Under the pieces are notes generated by a model. That model worked only from the letters and a program-made list of their open reading frames with translations. It was not told the DNA's origin and searched no databases. This document shows, in pieces, positions 57,736 to 64,000 of a DNA stretch of 64,000 nucleotides (position 1 is the first letter of the stretch; the number at the start of each line of letters is the position of its first letter). The translations under genes and the position numbers were made by a program. This DNA comes from Gammaproteobacteria bacterium. GTDB taxonomy: Bacteria; Pseudomonadota; Gammaproteobacteria; Eutrophobiales; Eutrophobiaceae. The stretch spans positions 2,208,001 through 2,272,000 of the forward strand of contig OZ244905.1 in NCBI GenBank assembly GCA_965221695.1. The letters run 5' to 3'.

Positions 57736-59202
57736 ATGCGCAAGTCATCCGTTTGTCCCGGCGGTATCCTGGTCGGCATACTTTTTTTTATGACGCCCGT
57801 TTCCGCTTTGGCGGCCGTTTCCAGCGGCCGTGCTGAAGGGTTGAACCTGACCGGTCATTGGGCGGGAATAGCCGCGCTGATTGTCTTCATTATTACCTAT
57901 TGTCTGATTATCAGCGAAGAACATATACGCCTGCGCAAATCAAAACCCTCAATCGTTGCGGCAGGCATAATCTGGGCGCTGGTTGCTGTGGCTTATGTTC
58001 AGCACGGTCAGGAGAGTTTCAGCGAAGCGGCTTTGAGCCACAGTCTGCTTGAGTTTGTCGAACTGTTTTTATTCCTGCTGGCTGCCATGACTTATATCAA
58101 CACCATGGACGAGCGGGGGGTGTTCGCGGTGCTGCGCGCCTGGCTGATTACCCGGCAATTTACCTTGCGCCAGTTGTTCTGGATTACCGGGCTGATTTCC
58201 TTTGTGCTGTCGCCGATCATCGACAACCTGACAACTGCCTTGTTGATGGCCACGGTGATTGTCGCAGTGGGGGGCGATAACAAACGTTTTGTTGCTATCG
58301 GTTGCATCAATATCGTCGTTGCCGCTAACGCCGGTGGCGCGTTCAGCCCGTTCGGCGATATTACGACCTTGATGGTCTGGCAACAAAAACTGGTCGAATT
58401 TCATGAGTTTTTTGCCTTGTTTATTCCGTCACTGGTCGGATGGTTGGTAACGGCGGGCATCATGTGTTTTGCAGTCAGCAAGGAGCGACCGGCAGCCCTT
58501 GAAGAAAAAGCAAGTCTCAAGTATGGCGCCTGGATTGTCATCGTATTGTTCCTGTTGACCATAGCCATGGCTGTTTCTTTCCATAACTTTCTGCACCTGC
58601 CGCCGGTACTGGGCATGATGACTGGTTTGGGGCTGTTGAAATTGTTCGGTTATTTCCTGCAAAGGCGCGGCCACTTGCGGATGGAAGCAGAGAATGTAAT
58701 GAATTTGAGTAACGATCAGCTTTCTGCCACGGCCGGGTTGCACGACGACGGTAATTCTTATGATATTTATCAGAATCTGCAGCGCGTAGAATGGGATACG
58801 CTAATGTTTTTCTACGGGATCATCCTGTGTGTGGGCGGGCTCGGCGCGCTCGGTTACATGGCTGTCGTATCTGAATTTTTCTATGTGGATCTGGGACCGA
58901 CTTACGCCAATATCTTTGTCGGCTTTGCCTCGGCCCTGATCGATAACATACCCGTAATGTTCGCGGTGCTGGAGATGCATCCGGAGATGAGCCACGGACA
59001 GTGGCTGCTGGTTACGCTGACAGCAGGGATAGGCGGCTCCATGCTCTCTATAGGTTCAGCGGCCGGAGTCGCGGTAATGGGGCAGGCCAGAGGAGTGTAT
59101 ACCTTTTTTGCGCATTTCAAGTGGTCCTGGGCGATCCTGCTTGGTTATATCGTTAGCATCTGGCTGCATTTCATCATCAATGCTGACACTTTTCTGGTCT
59201 GA
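57736..59202 (+). CDS. nhaD: Na+/H+ antiporter NhaD family
   Basis: LRKSKP, AMTYIN, DNLTTAL, GDITTLMVW, DNIP, SIGSAAGV. Confidence 0.92.
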   Translation: MRKSSVCPGGILVGILFFMTPVSALAAVSSGRAEGLNLTGHWAGIAALIVFIITYCLIISEEHIRLRKSKPSIVAAGIIWALVAVAYVQHGQESFSEAALSHSLLEFVELFLFLLAAMTYINTMDERGVFAVLRAWLITRQFTLRQLFWITGLISFVLSPIIDNLTTALLMATVIVAVGGDNKRFVAIGCINIVVAANAGGAFSPFGDITTLMVWQQKLVEFHEFFALFIPSLVGWLVTAGIMCFAVSKERPAALEEKASLKYGAWIVIVLFLLTIAMAVSFHNFLHLPPVLGMMTGLGLLKLFGYFLQRRGHLRMEAENVMNLSNDQLSATAGLHDDGNSYDIYQNLQRVEWDTLMFFYGIILCVGGLGALGYMAVVSEFFYVDLGPTYANIFVGFASALIDNIPVMFAVLEMHPEMSHGQWLLVTLTAGIGGSMLSIGSAAGVAVMGQARGVYTFFAHFKWSWAILLGYIVSIWLHFIINADTFLV

Positions 59203-59233
59203 TAACATACGCGACGATGAGTTGGAATATCTG

Positions 59234-59944
59234 TCATTTAGTACCCAGGTGTTTTTCTAGCGAAGCGAGGCGCCGTTTCTTATAATCCGCCAGCAAGCGT
59301 TCTCCGGCGGGTGTTGATAACGTTAGCCATTTGATATAGAGCCCGGTAGCGTCCTGCTCATCCAGTCGCCAGTTGACATTGGAAGCTTTCAATGCCGTGA
59401 CCAGGACGTACAGGCAGATGCCGGCGCTGACCGACAGGTTATAGCTCTGCGTGAAGCCATGGATTGGGATTCTCACGGTCTCATCAGACATGTCCCTTAG
59501 GGTTGCCGATAGGCCCGGTTCTTCTGAGCCGAAGCAGAGCGCCAGTTTGTCGTTGATGTCCAGCTCATCGAAGGTCTTGCCTGCTGGGGCCGGATCCATC
59601 GCAATGATGCGGTAGCCTCGTTGTTTTAGTTCTTCGATACAGGGCCGAGTACTGTCCGCTGCGTCCCGGCGATGTTTTACCAGGTCTATCCATTTTGACG
59701 CGCCCTGTGTTACCGCTGGGTTTAACTGGTACTCGTGGCGATTTTCGATGACATGAAGTTCCTGGATGCCCAGACATTCACAGGTTCGCATGACCGCGCT
59801 GGCATTTTGTGGCTGATAGATGTCTTCCAGCACAACAGTGATATGCCGAGTCCTCTGATCCAGAATGCTTTGCAGGCGTTTTCTGCGTTCTTCGTTGATG
59901 AAGCCGGACAGGTAATCAATGAGGCGCTGTAATTCCTGGGACAC
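59234..59944 (-). CDS. trmH: TrmH/SpoU family tRNA/rRNA methyltransferase
   Basis: N.SAVMRTCE, FGSEEPGLS, IP..GFTQSYNLSVS. Confidence 0.8.
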   Translation of the reverse strand: MSQELQRLIDYLSGFINEERRKRLQSILDQRTRHITVVLEDIYQPQNASAVMRTCECLGIQELHVIENRHEYQLNPAVTQGASKWIDLVKHRRDAADSTRPCIEELKQRGYRIIAMDPAPAGKTFDELDINDKLALCFGSEEPGLSATLRDMSDETVRIPIHGFTQSYNLSVSAGICLYVLVTALKASNVNWRLDEQDATGLYIKWLTLSTPAGERLLADYKKRRLASLEKHLGTK

Positions 59945-60040
59945 AATACTTATTTGAGAGGGTGTTGTCTAACTGAATTCCCGTCCCTCGCTAGCGCCAT
60001 GTGGGGACAGGTTTCACGGGATTGGAATATGCAGCGCTGG

Positions 60041-60071
60041 CTGACGCGGGCGAGACGCCCGCGTTCTCAGG
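60041..60071. repeat. Family D REP hairpin
   Basis: ctgacgcgggcgagacgcccgcgttctcagg. Confidence 0.75.
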
Positions 60072-60123
60072 AATATTGCGCCTGTGCAGAGGACTCTTTA
60101 TCCCGCGTGTGCGGGAACAAGGG

Positions 60124-60552
60124 TTAACGAAGTCGCCTATGATCCTCCTCCTCCTGGAATTCGCCTTCCACGATAATGTTTCTTCTGCGCAGGTCGTCAT
60201 GAAATGCCTGGCTCAGCATCCTTAGGGCCAGCATTGAGCGTAAGGAGGGGACCAGGCACAAAAATCCAATCACATCGGTGATGAAACCCGGAGTCAACAA
60301 CAGTACGGCGGCAACGAGCAGGATCAACCCTTCCAGCAGGTTATCAGCAGGTATTTCTCCCAGGCGCAGCTTCTCCCGGGCGCGCATCAGTGTCAATATG
60401 CCCTGAATTTTCAATAATATGGCTCCGATGGCTGCGGTCAGGATGCACAGTAATATCGTGGTCAGGGCGCCGATTTCCTGTCCTACTTCTATGAGAAAAT
60501 AGATCTCAACTAGTGGAACGGTAAGAAACAGCAGAAAAAGGATTCTGAACAT
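60124..60552 (-). CDS. fxsA: FxsA family membrane protein
   Basis: VPLVEIY, LLTPGFITD, IVEGEF. Confidence 0.92.
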   Translation of the reverse strand: MFRILFLLFLTVPLVEIYFLIEVGQEIGALTTILLCILTAAIGAILLKIQGILTLMRAREKLRLGEIPADNLLEGLILLVAAVLLLTPGFITDVIGFLCLVPSLRSMLALRMLSQAFHDDLRRRNIIVEGEFQEEEDHRRLR

Positions 60553-60595
60553 GGGTTAATTTATGTAAGTTTTGCTATATAACCTATACTCGCTA

Positions 60596-60712
60596 CCATT
60601 CCCGTAATGAAAAAGGGAATCCAGTGGAACAACGGGTCGCCCCCCGTTTCCACGGGAGCAGGCTCTGCGAGCGACATAATGTTCGACTGGACTCCCGCTG
60701 TTGTGGGCGCGG
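60596..60712. repeat. Family C REPIN with nested hairpin
   Basis: ccattcccg..gggaatccagt..gtcgc[ccccgtttccacggg..]gcgac..actggactcccg. Confidence 0.75.
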
Positions 60713-60899
60713 TGCGTAGGTATAGCTTGACCTGGGCGAACAGTTCCATGCCGTATGGGTGAGCAGGGCGCTGATCATAAGGGTTTGATTGTTGGCATCA
60801 TCCTCAATGTATAGATCGCGAGGCGATTTTTCAAGCAGGTTTCCACCGCCCTGGGTTATTATATCCTTTCTTGTTATTGTATCTTCAGACGCATTAAGT

Positions 60900-62729
60900 A
60901 TGAGAAGAGCTGTTATTATTGATTTATGCCGGGCCGGCGCCGTATCGTTGTGCCTGGTCGCATCTATCGCGTGCGCACAATCCATCAGCGAGCGCCTGAA
61001 AAACCTGGTTAACCCGGCCGGTAGCGATCCGGCAGGCGCCGGCATCCTGGCCCCGGACCAGGCCTTTCGATTGTCCGCAATGCCTCATGGCCACGACGCC
61101 GTGCGTTTCAACTGGGTAATCGAAGAAGGGTACTACCTGTACCGAGACAAGTTTTCATTCGTCTCCCTGACGGACGGCATAAGAGTCGATGGCGCGGCCA
61201 TACAAGCGCCGCGCGGCAAGATCAAACAGGATGAATCTTTTGGCGAGGTGGCCGTTAATACCGGGTTGGTTACTATCGTCGCGCCGCTTCTGCACACCAG
61301 CCCGGGACTTTCCGAAGCCTGGTTCCAGGTGGGATACCAAGGCTGCAAGGAAGGGTCGGTCTGCTATCCGCCGCAACAAAAACAAATCAAAGTGAACCTG
61401 GCACAGACCGTAGCGGCACAACCCATCAGTCAGGGCCGTCTTTCGGTACAAGACCGCATCACTGCGCGCCTGAAACAAGGCAGTTTTATCCTCAACATCG
61501 TGGCATTTTTTGCCTTTGGCGCGTTACTCTCATTAACCCCTTGTGTGTTCCCGATGGTCCCGATCCTGTCCGGAATCATCGTCGGCCAGCCCGGCACGGT
61601 AACCACCCGGCGCGGATTTCTGTTGTCCCTGAGCTATGTTTTGGCGATGGCGCTGACTTACTCCCTGCTCGGCGTGTTGGCTGGTTCTTTCCAAGTGAAT
61701 CTCCAGGCCAGTTCCCAGAATCCCTGGGTGATTGGCGCGTTCAGCCTGATATTTGTTATCCTGGCCTTGTCGATGTTCGGCTTATACGAGCTGCGCATCC
61801 CAACCGCCCTCCAGACCCGGCTTTCATCCCTGTCGACGCCTCGTCATGGTAGTGGCGTGTATGCTTGCGCGCTCATGGGCGCGGTGTCAGCGGTAATTGT
61901 AGGCCCTTGCGTCGCGCCGCCGCTGGCGGGGGCGTTGCTGTATATCAGCCAGACCGGTGATGCGGCGCTGGGCGGCGCGGCGCTGTTTTCCATGGGTCTG
62001 GGTTTCGGTCTGCCGTTGCTGGTCATCGGCGCCTCCGCGGGATCATTATTGCCGCGCATCGGCGCCTGGATGGAAAAGGTTAAGCAGGGTTTCGGCATCA
62101 TCATGCTGGGAGTCGCAATCTGGTTTCTGGAACGCGTCGTGCCCGGCAACATAGCGATGATCCTATGGGCGTTGCTGGTGATGGTCAGCGCGTTGCTCCT
62201 CGGCGCGCTGGATCGCAATGCGCGTGCCGGCAAATTATTCAGGGCGCTAGGCATCGCCGGCTTGATCTACGCAGGCGCGTTGATCGTCGGCGCGCTATCG
62301 GGCTCCCAGGACATGTTGCGTCCTCTAGCGCGCCTGACAGGAGATCCCGCCACAAAACACAGTCTTGACTTCCAGCGCATCAAGACTAGCGTAGACCTGG
62401 ATCGTAACCTCGCTGCCGCGGGCGCAGCGGATAAATTCGTGATGCTGGATTTCTATGCGGATTGGTGCGTCACTTGCATAGAAATGGAAGAGAACACATT
62501 TTCTGAGCCGTCTGTTCAACAAGCTTTGTCCGGTATGGTCTTGCTGCAGGCCGATGTAACCCGTAACGATAGAGAAGACCAACGGTTGCTCAGTCGTTTT
62601 CAATTGTTCGGGCCGCCAGCCGTTCTGTTTTTCAAGCCTGACAGGCGGGAATTGCAGGAATACCGTCTAATCGGTTACGTCAGGCCGGAACAGTTCCTGA
62701 GTCACCTGGCAAAATTGCCGTCTCCATGA
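60900..62729 (+). CDS. dsbD: Thiol:disulfide interchange protein DsbD
   Basis: YQGC..CYPP, TPCVFPM, GPCVAPPL, FYADWCVTC. Confidence 0.96.
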   Translation: MRRAVIIDLCRAGAVSLCLVASIACAQSISERLKNLVNPAGSDPAGAGILAPDQAFRLSAMPHGHDAVRFNWVIEEGYYLYRDKFSFVSLTDGIRVDGAAIQAPRGKIKQDESFGEVAVNTGLVTIVAPLLHTSPGLSEAWFQVGYQGCKEGSVCYPPQQKQIKVNLAQTVAAQPISQGRLSVQDRITARLKQGSFILNIVAFFAFGALLSLTPCVFPMVPILSGIIVGQPGTVTTRRGFLLSLSYVLAMALTYSLLGVLAGSFQVNLQASSQNPWVIGAFSLIFVILALSMFGLYELRIPTALQTRLSSLSTPRHGSGVYACALMGAVSAVIVGPCVAPPLAGALLYISQTGDAALGGAALFSMGLGFGLPLLVIGASAGSLLPRIGAWMEKVKQGFGIIMLGVAIWFLERVVPGNIAMILWALLVMVSALLLGALDRNARAGKLFRALGIAGLIYAGALIVGALSGSQDMLRPLARLTGDPATKHSLDFQRIKTSVDLDRNLAAAGAADKFVMLDFYADWCVTCIEMEENTFSEPSVQQALSGMVLLQADVTRNDREDQRLLSRFQLFGPPAVLFFKPDRRELQEYRLIGYVRPEQFLSHLAKLPSP

Positions 62730-63301
62730 AACAGGCGGTTTTATGGACGACGCTCACGGGCCTGGCGCTTGCGTCCGGTTACCTGGGCTATCGCTTGTAC
62801 CATTATCTGCAGGAGCGCCCAGCCCATTCACCAACGGCAATCGTCGACTCCGGCAGGCAGGTCGCCATAGGCGCGCAGGTCATCGGCCGTAACAGACCGG
62901 AATTCACCCTGCCGGACCTGGACGGCCGGCCGCGCGCCATCACCGAGTGGGATGGCAAGGTGCTGGCGCTGAACTTCTGGGCAACCTGGTGTCCACCCTG
63001 CCTGAAAGAAGTTCCTGAGTTTGTAGCCTTGCAGGAGAAGTACCGGGCGCAGGGCTTGCAGTTCATCGGCATCGCTTTGCAGAAACCGGAAGAAGTGCGC
63101 GAGTTTGTCGCGCAACACAAGGTGAATTACCCGATACTGGCCGGGGAACTTGAGGTCGTGGAGCTTGCCCAGCTCTACGGTAATAACCTGGGAGCTCTGC
63201 CATATACTGTGATCATCGACAGGAACGGACTGATAACCCACGTTAAAGCTGGTGTCCTGCCCACCGAGGAAGCAGAAAACATCATCAGGGAGTTGCTGTA
63301 A
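62726..63301 (+). CDS. TlpA/ResA-family thiol:disulfide reductase
   Basis: N-terminal TM helix, NFWATWCPPC..E.P. Confidence 0.92.
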   Translation: MKQAVLWTTLTGLALASGYLGYRLYHYLQERPAHSPTAIVDSGRQVAIGAQVIGRNRPEFTLPDLDGRPRAITEWDGKVLALNFWATWCPPCLKEVPEFVALQEKYRAQGLQFIGIALQKPEEVREFVAQHKVNYPILAGELEVVELAQLYGNNLGALPYTVIIDRNGLITHVKAGVLPTEEAENIIRELL

Positions 63302-63388
63302 GTCAGCCCGGTTCTTTTTTCTTTAATTTCGTCTATTTTCTGCTAATATGCTGAAATTGTGGCGATCTAACTTTATAATCTTACTATC

Positions 63389-63829
63389 ATGGCAAAAATG
63401 CTGGCATTACATGGGCCCAACTTGAACCTGCTTGGGGAGCGGGAACCGGAAATCTACGGAACGACCACCCTTGATGACATCAATAGGGACCTGATCACTG
63501 CCGCCGAACGCATAGGCCACAGCCTGGATTGTTTCCAATCCAACGCTGAACATAAACTGGTGGAGCGCATCCACCAGGCAAAAAAGCAAGGCGTCGGGTA
63601 TATCATCATCAATCCAGGAGCGTTTACCCACACCAGCATCGCTCTGCGGGACGCGTTTTCCGGCGTTGCCATCCCCTTTATTGAAGTTCACCTGTCCAAT
63701 GTGTTTGCCCGGGAGGACTTTCGTCGCCATTCCTACCTGTCGGACCAGGCCATTGCGGTGATCAGCGGCGCAGGCGCGTTGGGATATCGCCTGGCCTTGC
63801 AGTTGGCTGCCGAGAAAATAAAGGAATAA
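63389..63829 (+). CDS. aroQ: Type II 3-dehydroquinate dehydratase
   Basis: [31 protein letters not shown]. Confidence 0.97.
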   Translation: MAKMLALHGPNLNLLGEREPEIYGTTTLDDINRDLITAAERIGHSLDCFQSNAEHKLVERIHQAKKQGVGYIIINPGAFTHTSIALRDAFSGVAIPFIEVHLSNVFAREDFRRHSYLSDQAIAVISGAGALGYRLALQLAAEKIKE

Positions 63830-63833
63830 GCGC

Positions 63834-64000
63834 GTGGATATTCGAAAAGTAAAAAAGTTGATTGAAATGCTGGAAGAATCCGCCATCGATGAGATTGAGA
63901 TTCACGAGGATAAGGATTCTGTAAGGGTCAGCCGCAACCGGCACGAGCCTGCTCCCGCCGCTGCCGTTATGCCGGCGCAGAAGATACAAGTCGCCACCCA
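63834..64000 (+). CDS. accB: Biotin carboxyl carrier protein, N-terminal part (runs off window)
   Basis: GTG start, [23 protein letters not shown]; follows aroQ. Confidence 0.92.
   Translation, partial: MDIRKVKKLIEMLEESAIDEIEIHEDKDSVRVSRNRHEPAPAAAVMPAQKIQVAT

Overview
GC-rich gammaproteobacterial chromosome segment, mostly housekeeping genes. In order: tolB(end)-pal-cpoB, murU, yrbG-kdsD-lptCAB-rpoN-hpf-ptsN-HPr-ptsI-mgtE, a Tat-exported aldo/keto reductase, a cadherin/Ig-repeat autotransporter, polA, hisAFIE-tatABC, a sulfatase, an accessory islet (DUF1640/CCDC90-like coiled-coil gene, two AAA+ DUF4143-type ATPases, a lipase-like hydrolase), pyrF, LPS glycosyltransferases, ilvE, mnmE-yidC-yidD-rnpA-rpmH/dnaA, a Pho regulon (porin, phoBR, pstSCAB, phoU) where dnaN would normally follow dnaA, a second islet (11-aa-repeat membrane coiled-coil gene, orphan antitoxin), djlA, nhaD, a TrmH-family methylase, fxsA, dsbD, a TlpA thioredoxin, aroQ and accB(start). 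No tRNA, rRNA, CRISPR array, transposase or reverse transcriptase was seen. The most unusual signal is non-coding. At least four families of palindromic miniature elements occur: (A) a modular five-hairpin, IHF-site-bearing 159-bp MITE, (B) a 207-bp MITE whose ends frame a gene cassette, (C) dRS3-like REPIN doublets with nested insertions, and (D) an orientation-biased REP. Several 107-123-bp local tandem duplications also occur, two of which create small ORFs inside operons. All family assignments come from motif recognition by eye, not database searches.
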